Assembly (NCBI GenBank): GCA_964016885.1
Contig: OZ024757.1
Coordinates: forward strand, 8,866,001 to 8,930,000
DNA length: 64,000 nt
Direction: 5' to 3'
Source of the DNA: Eledone cirrhosa
Lineage: Eukaryota
Below, piece by piece: positions 38,953 through 51,950 of this stretch (position 1 is its first letter; every line of letters begins with the position of its first letter). The notes under the pieces are model-generated. The model was not told the DNA's origin and did no database searches. It saw only the letters and a list, made by a program, of their open reading frames with translations. Both the position numbers and the translations under genes were made by a program.

Positions 38953-41900
38953 CCCCGTGACCAAGAAATACCGGGATGGCGGCCGGCGGGGAATAGCCGT
39001 GTCTCTAGGGGAGAACGACCCCTCTAGTCTTGGTTGACACTCGTTCTAGAAGTGGTAACACGAAATGATTACCCCTTGGCGGATAAGGATAAAACGCGAC
39101 AAAATAAAGTAAATGTCTAATGATAAAATCTCATACCGGATCGGCCGTCACCCGGTTAAAAAAGGGCCACGTCCCTCAGAGAGGAACCAGACTGGGGTCG
39201 AAAAATCAGCTAATGGTTCCAACCTTCCCATCACTTCGGAGCTGGAGACCTCCCATAACCGGAATACTCCTACTGTTGGCCCTCTATGCTCACCACCAAG
39301 AAATCCAAAGAAAAAGAGAGAGAAATGGTCAAGGGAAGATAATAAAGAAGTCCTTGAGGCTTTCTACACTGCCATGTACTACCCATCAAATACATCGAAT
39401 ACAGAACAGACATATATATCAACTGGAAAAAGAAACATCCCGAAAACAGAGGCTATATTGACAGTAACAAACTAGCCAATATACGAAGAATATTGTAAGA
39501 AAAAAGTTACTAACTGATATTGAAATTGATCAGATCAAGCTATTAGCACAAAGTCAGCGAAGGGAAAATGAAACATGTGTCAGTAAAAACGAGGTAAATT
39601 GTAACACTTCAAATCCCAGGGTTGGGGTGGAATCACTGGCAACAGAACAAATTAAAGAAAGGATCGAAAAAGTGGAGGGACTGCATGCTCAAGATGAAAC
39701 TCCAAATGAAAATAATGAGATCGTAAATGATAAAGAAATGAATGAGAACGAACTTACCAACTTGAAGGATGAAATTATGATCGAATGGATGAAAATGAAA
39801 GAATCTGACATGGGGCAACGAGACACCCTCCCTAAGATCCAGAACTCCAAACAGAACCAAAAGATAATACACAAGACTAACATAATTCTCAAAAACATTA
39901 TCATCACAAACAAACTAAACATTACTCATTTAAATCATCTCTATTATGCATCGGCTAAAGTCACCACTCACTTATGTGGAGTGAAAATGAAAAAACAAAG
40001 GAATTCAATCGCCAAATAAACCTTCTCCGATCTGACATAGAAATGTTAACAAACTATAAAGTAGGTGAACATGTTAAACAAACTAAACTTAGAAAATTGA
40101 AAAAGAAGTACAGTATAAAATCAACAAGTGACAAAGACATGCTGATAGAAATAATCAAGCAAAAAGTGTCGGCCAAAGCTGCTCGTATAAGGCGCTTTGA
40201 AAAACGATCTAGATTCTATAAGGACAATAATATGTTCAAAAACAACCAAAGAAATTTCTACAGAAAAATTGGTAAGTCAACAATAACTGCTAAATCAATA
40301 CCACCCAAGGAGGAAGTGCAAACATTCTGGGAAAAGATCTGGGCCGAAGAAAAAGTTCATAACATACATGCCCCATGGATAGACAGACAAATGAATGATA
40401 CAGCTCACCTTGAGGAACAAATATGGGAAAATATAACAGTTGAACAGCTGCGCTTGGCTCTAAGAAAAACCAGCAAATGGAAATCCCCAGGAAAAGACAA
40501 AATACAAAACTTTTGGATAAATGCCTTCACAGAGTCTCATGAGCTGTTAGCCCAACTTTACAATAAAATAGTTAAGGAGCCAGAAAAGATACCATCATGG
40601 CTAGTTAACGGCATTACATTCCTGCTTCCGAAGAATGATGAGACAAACAATCCCCAAAATTACAGACCGATAACTTGCTTGACCACAATGTATAAAATTT
40701 TAAAATCAGTCCTAACTGAATACACATATGACCACCTGATAACAAATGACCTATTTCCCATTGAGCAGAAAGGGTGTAAACGAGGCTCATATGGCTGTAA
40801 GGATCAGCTTCTGGTTAACAAAATGATACTGGAAGATTGTCCTAATAGACACAAAAATCTATCGATTGCTTGGATAGATTATAAAAAAGCATTCGATAGT
40901 TTGCCACACAGTTGGATTGAAAAATGTTTACAGCTTTTCAAAATATTTCCCGTTGTCAGGAGGTTTTTGTCATTCAGTATGAAGACATGGAAAACGACAC
41001 TCTTTTTGAATAGTGAAACAAAATCACTGGAAGCTGGAGAAGTTAATATTAATTGTGGAATTTTTCAGGGTGACTCTTTATCACCGCTTTTATTCTGCAT
41101 CGCACTTATACCATTAAGTAAAATGCTCAATGAAACAAAACATGGATATAAAGTCTATGACAAAACCATTAATCACTTGTTCTACATGGATGACCTGAAA
41201 CTATTTGCAAAAAATGATGAACAATTGCAAGGGCTATTATCCACTGTGGAGCAGTTCAGTGATGACATTAAAATGGACTTTGGACTAGATAAATGCGCCA
41301 ATGCAACGTTCACCAGAGGAAAGCTGCTGAAGAGTTCAGACATTAATCTTGATCGGGGGAACGTGATAAGAGAACTTGATCAAGAAAAAACTTACAAATA
41401 TCTAGGTGTTTGTGAAGGAGACGGAATCAAGCACTCGACAATGAGGGAAAGGATAAGGAAGGAATGTTACCTCAGAGTAAGAGCAATCTTAAGAACGGAA
41501 TTGAATGCAAGGAATAGGATCGATGCCATAAGCACGCTTGCCATACCAGTAGTAACCTACAGTTACAATGTCATCAACTGGTCAAACACAGAGATCCGTA
41601 GGCTCGATACAAAAATTCGAAAATTCTTAACCATGCACAGAATGCATCACCCTAAGGCAGATATAGATAGAATATATCTCCCCAGGAAAGGAGGACGTGG
41701 GTTAATCCAGTTAGACATTGCGTTGAAAACTGCAACAATTGGATTATCTACATATCTAAGGGAATCACATGATTGGATGATCAAACTCGTTTTGAAACAC
41801 GAAAGCATCACAAGATCATATTCTCATTACAAAAGATGCACAAAGATACAATAATGAACTACAAATTTCAGAAGTCCCATTTACTGCTGAAATGGAAAAC

Positions 41901-42867
41901 ACAGAAAAAGCAAAGCAGGTAAAAGTAACTGCAAAGAAAGAACTGCTACAGAAACTGGCTAAGAAATGGCAAGAAAAGCCTCTGTTTGGAAAATACCCAG
42001 AGCGAGCTAACAATCCTGATGTTGACAAAATTTTAACTCATCAGTGGTTGGCATCCTCTGGACTGAAATCGGAGACTAATTATATCAGCACAAGATCAGT
42101 GTCTGCCAACAAAAAATTACCAAGCCAACATAATAAAAAATGGATGCAGCCCATTATGCCGTGTATGCAAAAAACAACCAGAGACCATTGACCATATAAT
42201 TTCAATGTGCAGTCCTATAGCTCCAACCGAATACCTAATGAGGCATGACAGAGCTGCACAATACATACATTGGATAATGTGTAAGCATTTTGACCTGCCC
42301 CATCAAAAGAATTGGTGGGAGCATCAACCACCTCCCATACTTGAAAAAGATCACATCTCAATCTTGTGGAACTTTAGCATCCAAACAGACCGAAAAATAG
42401 ATGCAAATAGACCTGATATAATATTGAAGGAATTTCAAAGGAGGGTATGCCTGCTAATTGATATGTCTGTTCCAATAGACAAGAATGTTTCTATAAAAAC
42501 ATTTGAAAAATTGAGCAAGTATAAGGACCTGGAGATAGAAATTGGAAAAATGTGGAAATTGAGAACTAAACCAATACCTGTGGTTGTTGGCGCTCTGGGA
42601 ATGATACCTAAGGGGTCTAATGATTACTCATCGCAAATCCCAGGAAACCCGCGTATAGGAGAAATACAAAAGATAGTACTAATGGAAACTGCCCATATAC
42701 TAAGGAAGATTCTGTCAATATAAGTACATCACAAGTCTAAACACTAAAGATGCATGTGTGAATATGTATGTTCTTTCTTGAACATGGCGGACCTTGTTGT
42801 CTCTTGAGGTCACTGGTTGTGACTTGGTGATAACTCGTATGAACATAAAGCAAGATAAATGCAACTG
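38953..42867 (+). mobile_element. R4/Dong-clade family B, copy 1 (ORF 39113-42723, frameshifted)
   Basis: WSREDNKEVLEAFY N-terminus, [55 protein letters not shown]. (TAA)n tail. Confidence 0.95.
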
Positions 42868-42886
42868 TAATAATAATAATAATAAT

Positions 42887-43167
42887 GGTTTCTACTTTTG
42901 GCACAAGGCCAGCAACTATCAATGCATTACTGGTACTTTATTCTATCGACCCTGGAAGGTTGAAAGGCAAAGTTAACCTCGGCGGGATAAATTAGGCACA
43001 AGGCCAAAAATTACCCAGTGTATTACTGGTACTTTATTTTATCGACCCCGTAAGGATGAAAGGCAAAGTTAACCTCGGCGGGATTGGAACTCAGAATGGC
43101 AATGGCCGTAACTCTATACCTCAAAGCATAGCGTCCGACCCTCTACCGATAATGCCAATCCACCGCC
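42887..43167 (-). mobile_element. tRNA-derived SINE (full copy plus duplicated 3' half) inserted in (AAT)n
   Basis: Head GGCGGTGGATTGGC at 43167; AAT repeats on both sides. Absent at the paralogous site 61510-61548. Confidence 0.88.
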
Positions 43168-43210
<43 letters not shown>

Positions 43211-44089
43211 GGGAAGAAGACGCACGAGGTGGTGGAAGGTCATGAAATCGCTCCCGTAAGTTTTGAATTTTTAACATATTTAAATCATTTGTGAAATAAC
43301 AACTCTTAGTACAAATGCTACGTAAAGCATCCGGCTTGAGCCCAAAACAATTCGGACCCAAAATATATTGTTATAAGGCTCAAATATTCAAATATTCAAC
43401 TTTGTATTGTACATTGTATATCCAAAAAAGAAAATGGCTATAAATGGAAGAAGAACCCCCCCCCCCTCCTCTGTCTACACTATATAGAACAACCATTTCA
43501 ATTTCACCACCACCACTCACTGCTGCCATCATTACCACCACTATCCCATCACCGCCGCCACCACTCCTTCATTGCTGCCACCGCTACAACACCATCACTA
43601 CAGTAATACGATCACATCACCACCAACACTGCCTCGGTATCGACATCACCACCACCACTGTCTCAGTATCGCTACCGCCGCTACTGTCAACCACATCTCT
43701 CAGCTGGCTGCTGCCACCACATTATAGAATCCCTACTACTAAAAAAGAGGAAGGCATCAAAATATATAAATAGACTCAAAAGAAAAAAGAAAAAACAAAC
43801 AACAAAACCAAAGCAGCACAGCAAAAGCAAACAGAGAAAAAAAAAAACAAAAAAACGTAAAGAAAATAAGAATGAAGAGAGGAACAAGCGGACGGACAGA
43901 GAAGAGGGGGGAAAAACTAAGTCAGACATTCGAACACTACATTACAATGAAACTTATGCTTATTCATTTTTGGGGTCTTTTCTGCCTGTGTGTTTGTTTG
44001 TTTATTTGTGTTCGTCTACAGCGTGGTGATAATGCCACGCAAGCGCCAATTGGAGCGGCGCAAACACCGGCGGCGGTGAATCCACAGAT
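43211..44089 (+). repeat. Shared leader, copy 3 (R4A-associated)
   Basis: Starts GGGAAGAAGACGCAC like copies 1 and 5; TATAAATAGA at about 43764. Confidence 0.85.
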
Positions 44090-47000
44090 GGCTAAGTAAC
44101 CATACATTCGCCGATCCTCGATAAGAGTGTTTAAATATCGAACCTAAACAGTTCGAATAACGGTGAAATGGAGACTAGAACGTCATGTGACAGACTCTCA
44201 CCCAACAGGTGCCCCCTGGCTCAGCAGCAGGAACCTGACTGTCAACCAAATACTGCTGACGGTGGAGGAAGACGAAGAAGGAAAGGGGCCAGAACCAACT
44301 TGACGAAATAATTGAATAGAACTGTTATGCAATGTTACCTGAAAAGTAACCCCAAGGAGAGGGGCTATAGGAGACGGATGCATAACATCTGGAACGAGAT
44401 TGGTCTATTTACATTAGATGAACAAAAATTGGCCGGGCAGGCTCGGGTAATAAGAACTAATGGGTGGATAAGCGAGCTGGAACTGGAGGAACTGAGCAGA
44501 GAGATTAGCTTGGAGATGGAGGGTGTAATATGCCAGACAAACGAGCCAGAGGGAAATGAAGGTGAAGAGGTTGAGGGAACGGAGGAACCACCCGAAGCAG
44601 ACAATGATCTGAATGCTGAGATAAATAATACCTGGAACAGAGATACGGCCACTGAGGAGATGAATGCTGACGGGCTAGGACAAGATTCGGTTGACATCCT
44701 AAATTTAGTGGTAGATGAATTGAACATTGATAGTGGGAGACCTATGAACCTAAGATTTGTAGACAGGAAAAAGTTAAATGAAACAACAGCTAAGGTAAAC
44801 AAAGTCATCCCATACCTTGAGGCGAGGAGCCTTCACCAGTGCAACAATATCCTCAAAGCAACAGCAAATACGGTGAGGAAACTACTTGGTATAAAAGCGA
44901 GAGGAAACAACAGACAAGAAAGAGCAGAGCCTTGGTGGAAGAAACGACTGAGTGGTCAAATCAAGGAAATGAGGAATGACATAGGAAAGCTTGAGTCACT
45001 ACTGAATGGGACACTAAAAAACATAGGCACTAAAAATAGACTGGAAATAAAGTACAAATCTAGGTGGAAAAAGCTAAATATTATCATAGAGGAACTGAAG
45101 CAACGCATTGTAGCCGAGACTGCAAAAATCAGGCGATACGAGAACAGAGTCAGTCAGTATAAACAGAACCGCATGTTCGACAACAACCAGAAGATGCTGT
45201 TTGGACAGCTTGAGGGGAAAGAAAGAGGCAACGACTTGATCCCTGGGGCGGAACAAACTAAAACATTCTGGAGAGGAATATGGGAGCAGGATGTTAGACA
45301 TAATGACCAGGCAGGGTGGATTGAGACAGTACAGAGGGAGATCGGTGAACAGGCACACCAACAAACTGATTTGAGTATCACAGTTGAAACTCTTAAGGGG
45401 CAGGCCAAAAAACTAACCAACTGGAAATCACCAGGCCCAGATGGTGTGCAGGGGTATTGGATTAAACATTTAACATCCCTCCACCCGAAGCTGACGGCCA
45501 TGTTCAATGACTGCTTGGTGTCGGGTGAGGTGCCAGAGTGGTTGACAAAAGGTACCACAGTTTTGATAATGAAAGACCGAATCAAGGGTAATGATGTTAC
45601 CAACTATAGACCTATCACATGTCTGTCCGTAGTGTGGAAACTGTTGACGAGCATTGTGTCTGAGGAAATCTACCATCACCTCCACACAAACAACTTGTTA
45701 CCGGACGAACAGAAAGGATGCCGAAAGAAGTCACGTGGTACAAAGGACCAGTTACTTATTGATAAGATGGTAATGGGGAATTGCAGGAGGAGACACACTG
45801 ATCTTGCCATGGGATGGATAGACTACAGAATGGCATTTGACATGGTGCCTCATTCTTGGATCACCAAAAGCCTGGAGATCTTCAAGGTGGCAGATAACAT
45901 CAGACAGTTGCTGGGCAGGAGTATGGGGTCCTGGGAGACAGAGTTGACATCAACTGGAGAATCCTTGGGAAGCGTGAAGATCAAGAGAGGTATCTTCCAG
46001 GGAGATAGCCTGTCCCCTCTGTTGTGTGTCCTTGCCCTGATGCCCTTGACCATTATGCTGCGAAAAGTGAGAGCAGGATACAAGTTGGGAAGTGGAGAGC
46101 TTACCATCAATCACCTCCTCTTCATGGACGATCTTAAGCTCTTCGGGAAGAGTGAGAAGGAGTTGGATGTGCTTGTTGACACTGTCCGTATTTTCAGCAG
46201 TGATATATGTATGCAGTTTAGTGTTGGTAAATGTGGAGTCATTGTGATGAGGAGGGGTAGGTTGAGCAGAAGTAACGGAATCCAGATACCAACAGGTGAG
46301 ATGATAAAGGAAATTGACTCTGAGGAAGGATACAAGTATTTGAGAGTTCTGGAGGCTGATGGCATAAAGAACAAAAGAATGAAGGAATTGTTAAGAACTG
46401 AATACATTCGGAGAGTAAGGAGCGTATTGAAGTCACATCTGAACAGCAGAAATGCCATAAGCGCAGTAAATTCCCGAGCTGTGTCTATTATTAGGTACAG
46501 TGCGGGAATTCTGAGATGGAATGTTGCTGAACAAAAAGAAATGGATAGGAAGACTAGGAAGCTATTGACTATCTACAACATGTTCCACAAGAGGAGTGAT
46601 GTCGATAGACTCTACCTAAGGAGATCTGAGGGTGGAAGAGGTCTTATCAGCATAGAGGACTGTGTTCAGATGGAGAAAAACAACCTACACAAATACGTGA
46701 CTGATAGTAAGGAGCCAATGCTCAGAACTGTACTGAAGGAGGGGACAATAGGCCAGGGGATGTCCAAGGAGGAAAAAACATCAAGGAGAAAGAGCAGCTT
46801 TCAGGAAAAATCCTTCATAATACCTTCTTTGAGAAAAATGAATTTAGAGATCCACAGACGTGGAACTGGTTGAAAAGAGGAGACCTTAAAAAGGCTATAG
46901 AAGGAATGTTAATGGCTGCGCAGGAGCAGGCCCTCAAAACGAAGTGGTTGAAACACCACATTTAGAAGGAGGAGGCTAGCCCACTGTGCAGGATCTGTGG

Positions 47001-47624
47001 AGAGAGAGAGGAGACTGTGGCTCACATTGTATCCGAGTATAAACACCTATCCCAGACACACTATAAGGGCTGGAGACACGATGTGATGGGCAGGGTGATC
47101 CACTGGCACCTGTGCAAAGTGAACAATTTACCACATTCTGAGAAATGGTATGAGCATAGGCCAGAGGCGGTGACGGAGAACGATCAGGTGAAGGTGCTGT
47201 GGGATTTTAGGATACAGACGGACAAGAAACTGGAACACAATAGACCTGACCTGGTGGTTGTGGACAAAGAAAAAAGATCGTGTCTGATTGTGGATGTGGC
47301 CTGCCCATTCGACACGAGAGTGCAAGAGAAGGAGAAGGAGAAAATTAACCGATACCAGGACCTAAAGTGGGAGGTGAAAAGGATTTGGAACTGCCATGAA
47401 GTCAAAGTGATCCCGATTGTCATAGGCGCACTGGGGACTATCTCCAAAAGTTTCCAGGGATGGTTAAAGAAAATCGGCCCCTTCACGCTTTTTGGAACGC
47501 TTCAAAAGGCATGCTTGCTGGGAACAGCAAGAACCCTCCGATACGTCCTGAATATCTGAGGCTGCAGGTAGTGGCTTGATATTCATTCCAACGGACTTTC
47601 CAGTTAACCAACTGAGATTCAAGG
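44090..47624 (+). mobile_element. R4/Dong family A, copy 2 (ATG 44168; early TAA, late frameshift and stop)
   Basis: Colinear with 22557-26101; 853-aa open segment 44312-46873; (AAT)n tail. Confidence 0.95.
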
Positions 47625-47654
47625 AATAAAAACAATAATAATAATAATAATAAT

Positions 47655-50600
47655 GATTTATTTATTAACCACAAGGTTTTACATAAAGTAGACATTAAGG
47701 ACAGTGCAGGACAATACAGGACGGTACAAATGGGCATTTCTGCGTGTAAAAAACAAAAACAGAGGATGTAACCAAAAATAAAAATGAAAAATTCCCCAAT
47801 AGGGGGGAGACTTCGGAGGGACATTTGTGGAGAAATCCCAATAAAAAGCCACAGTGACCCTGACCACCAAGGCAAGTGCCGTCTCCCAGTTTTCCACCTT
47901 TAATTTACAGATATATACTCAGAGTAGGCCCATTCACTCGGGCCATTCTTGCTTCTCTCACCCATCTTTCAACAAAATGCTGGGAAGAGAGCACTTCCCT
48001 CTCTACTCTGATTTTCCTTTTCAAATGAAATTTGAAAAAGTCAATCAGAGCATCACCGAAGAGGTAAGTGCTCGTCTTCAGCCCTTTCAAACGTGTCCAC
48101 CATACTATCTCTTTCGCCATGGCCACCAGACAGATAAAAACTGCCTGCCCTTCCCGGCTAAAGGAGGAGGGCGGGGCAATCCTCACGATGGACTCAGATG
48201 ATATCCGGATCCGTCCTAAACGCGACAGCAGGTGTTCGATATAAACCCACAAGTCAGCAATTTTCGGACACTGGACGAGTGTGTGCAGGCGGTTTCGTCG
48301 CCCTGCGCGCATCTCGGACATGCCCGGCTGACTGCACCTCCATGCCTGTAAAGTTTATCCCGAACTGGCAAGCCTCCTCGGTAGCACTGCCTGGCCAGAG
48401 ATTTCTGGAAGTTGTCCATAGGCCCTGGCCCGAAAGTTCTTCCGAAGAGATTGGCTAGTTAATATTCGTCGACGCCTAGAGTTTTCCCAAGTACGTCGTC
48501 GCTCTTCCCCTCCACTAATCCTCTATAGAACGCCGAGGTGGAGTTTCCACCGATCACATAGCCCGATTGGTCGAGGGCTGTGAGCGCCTGAAGACATTCC
48601 AGTCTCCAGGCGCTCCCTCTCGGTCTTCGCTTGATCCAGGACTGCAGCTCCGTCAAGGAAACGAGCTGGGGAAATACGTGTCTAGCAAACGGTGACCACA
48701 CCTGATCACCGTCGAGGAAGAGGTGGAAATGTAGCCTGAGCGCGTGCCTGCGCATCATCAGCCACGGCATGCCCGGCCCTCCACGTAGCGGGTGTTGACA
48801 ACAAATGCACCGCCTGACCATCGGAGCGCGTCCCTTCCACAAAAAGCGAAAGAGCAAACGCTCCAGCGCAGTCAGGCGAGGCTTAGGACAAGGTACGACG
48901 GTCAGGCGGTAGCAGATGACAGACGCGATGTACGCGTTAGCCACCTCCGCTCGACCTTTCAGGGATAGCTTCCTCTCCACCCATTTCTGTGTGAGAGAAG
49001 CCACCCTGCTCGTTACCTCGTCCCAGTTTTTGTCCGTCTGGAGGTCCGGACCGAACCAGACCCCTAGCAATTTAACCGGTCCGTCCGTCCAGCGTCCGAC
49101 GACGCTGTTGGACGGCATGGACCTGCCTCTCCAGGTGCCGAGCTGCAGGCCCACTGACTTTTCCTGGTTGATCATTGCTCCTGTCACCGCTTCGTATTCT
49201 CTTAGTGTAGTGCCGATCGCCTCGATGTGTTTGGCGTTCGACACCACTACGGTGACATCGTTCGCATATGCTGACACGGATCTTCCGCATCCTAGTTTGC
49301 GCGGGATGCCCCTCAACGTCTCCAGTTTGTGCAGTAATGACTCGAGAGTCACTACGTACAAGAGGGACGAGAGGGGACATCCTTGGCGGACCGAGCGCAT
49401 GATGTTGAACGGTTCCGACAGGTGACCGTTCACTCTCACCACAGAGCAGATGTCGCTGTGCATGGCAGTGATCCAGCCTCTGAAGACGGGCCCAAAGCCA
49501 GCCGCCATCAGGACTGCCGCTAGGTAACGATGGTCGACCCTATCGAAAGCTTTCGAGTGATCTAAATTGATCAAGGACACAACCGTGCCAGGTTCCCTAG
49601 CTACTACATCTATGTTTAATAACCTGAGGTCGTTGAGCAGGTGAACCTGCTTCCATGACGACCCCAGGCCACGCGCATTTATGCTGCCTATTCTGAGTGA
49701 GGTCATGTTTAAAATAGAGTGGAAAAGATGAGAAAGACCTCTTACCGTACTTTTCGTAGAGGAGGGATGGATTTTACATCCCTTTTCACTTGATCGTCTG
49801 GTGAAGGGACCGTTGAATCGTCCCTTCTACTGGTCATCGGCTCTTCTATGAGTATGTCCGAATATACTCTTCGGTTGATAGTACCTCCTAGGTCTCTGAA
49901 ATCACCAACTGCGTTGGGGAATTTCGTTTTAGTGTTTGTGTATTGTTTCTGTGCTATTTTTAGCAGTCTTATGTTAGTTGGCGTTTTGAGTTTTGAGCTG
50001 CTGTTACTTTTGTTGTTGCTGCAGGTACTACGACTACTGCCGCCGCCGCTGTTGCTGTGGTTGTTGTTGTTGTTGCTGCTGCTAATGCTGTTGTTGTTTA
50101 TGCTGCTGCTGATGCTGTTGCGGCTGCTGCTGTTGTTTTCATTGTCACTGTTGCTGTTGTTATTACGGCTGCTACTGCTATTATTCCTGACGTCAGACGA
50201 ATGAAATGGGTTTTCGTATTTCCCGCACACCTGTTTCGTCGTCGTTGTTGTCGTGGAGAAATCTTGCACGCTTTGCACGAGACTTTTCTTTTCTGTCGCC
50301 GCTTGCGAAAGAGAAGGGAGGGAGAGAGACACATTTAAAGAAGGGAGGGAGAGAGACAATCTTCTCTCTGCTGTAGTGACGATTGAGCAAGAAGAAGTCG
50401 GAATGAGTGGGAGTGACCTATGAAATTTCTTTTTCGTAGCCATGTTGTTTTTTTTTGTTTAAATTAAATATTGGGCACAAAACCCTAATAAGCAGTTATT
50501 TAACCCCGAAGGGCCAAATAACAGGCAGAAAGACCCGTCTCACGAGGAGGAGGGTGTTTTTGTCTACAAGTTGGTAAAAGTTTTAACAATTTACAATTGT

Positions 50601-50659
50601 TATAGCGTTCAAAATTTGCAATACCTTACAGAGCCGAGCCTCCGTCAACTATAGCATTC
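47655..50659 (-). mobile_element. Tx1 subfamily A, copy 2, with two large internal deletions
   Basis: Both termini match copy 1. ORF2 junction VVA|REPG at about 49600, ORF1 junction at about 49990. (AAT)n at both ends. Confidence 0.95.
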
Positions 50660-50694
<35 letters not shown>

Positions 50695-50695
<1 letters not shown>

Positions 50696-50934
50696 TACTT
50701 ATCGCAAATCCCAGGAAACCCGCGTATAGGAGAAATACAAAAGATAGTACTAATGGGAACTGCCCATATATTAAGGAAGATCCTGTCAATATAAGTACAT
50801 CACAAGTCTAAACACTAAGGATGCATGTGTGAATATGTATGTTCTTTCTTGAACATGGCGGACCTTGTTGTCTCTTGAGGTCACTGGTTGTGACTTGGTG
50901 ATAACTCGTATAAACATAAAGTAAGATAAATGCA
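50695..50934 (+). mobile_element. R4 family B, short 3' fragment
   Basis: Matches about 42627-42864; sits between AAT tracts. Confidence 0.9.
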
Positions 50935-50951
50935 AATAATAATAATAATAA

Positions 50952-51948
50952 TAAGGGAATCACATGATTGGATGATCAAACTCGTTTTGAAACACGAAAG
51001 CATCAAAAGATCATATTCCATTACAAAAGATGCACAAAGATACAGTAATGGACTACAAATTTCAGAAGTCCCATTTACTGCTGAAATGGAAAACACAGAA
51101 AAAGCAAAGCAGGTAAAAGTAACTGCAAAGAAAGAACTGCTACAGAAACTGGCTAAGAAATGGCAAGAAAAGCCTCTGTATGGAAAATACCCAGAGCGAG
51201 CTAACAATCCTGATGTTGACAACACTTTAACCCATCAGTGGTTGGCATCCTCTGGACTGAAATCGGAGACTGAAGGACTGATTATATCAGCACAAGATCA
51301 GTGACTGCCAACAAAAAATTACCAAGCCAACATAATAAAAAATGGGTGCAGCCCATTATGCCGTGTATGCAAAAAACAACCAGAGACCATTGACCATATA
51401 ATTTCAATGTGCAGTCCTATAGCTCCAACCGAATACCTAAACAGGCATGACAGAGCTGCACAATACATACATTGTATAATGTGTAAGCATTTTGACCTTC
51501 CCAATCAAAAGAATTGGTGGGAGCATCAACCACCTCCCATACTTGAAAAAGATCACATCTCAATCTTGTGGAACTTTAGCATCCAAACAGACTGAAAAAT
51601 AGATGCAAATAGACCTGATATAATATTGAAGGACTTCCAAAAGAGGGTATGCCTGTTAATTGATATGTCTGTTCCAATAGACAAGAATGTATCTATAAAA
51701 ACATTTGAAAAATTGAGCAAGTATAAGGACATGGAGATAGAAATTGGAAAAATGTGGAAATTGAGAACTAAAACAATACCAGTGGTTGTAGGCGCTCTGG
51801 GAATGATACCAAAGGGGACTAATGATTAATTATCGCAAATCCCAGGAAACCCGCGTATAGGAGAAATACAAAAGATAGTACTAATGGGAACTGCCCATAT
51901 ACTAAGGAAGATTCTGTCAATATAAGTACATCACAAGTCTAAACACTA
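50952..51948 (+). mobile_element. R4 family B, 5'-truncated fragment, 3' UTR cut
   Basis: Matches about 41757-42746. Begins TAAGGGAATC, overlapping the AAT tract, and is fused to Tx1B at about 51950. Confidence 0.9.
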
Positions 51949-51950
51949 GT

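Noticed and set aside
39050-39100. TAACAC...ATAAAA resemblance to a twister ribozyme
   Set aside because: The two twister pseudoknot pairings cannot be formed; simple hairpins explain the segment.
49590-49615. Tx1A internal deletion as a spliced-out intron
   Set aside because: The boundaries cannot be placed as GT..AG; microhomology fits better.
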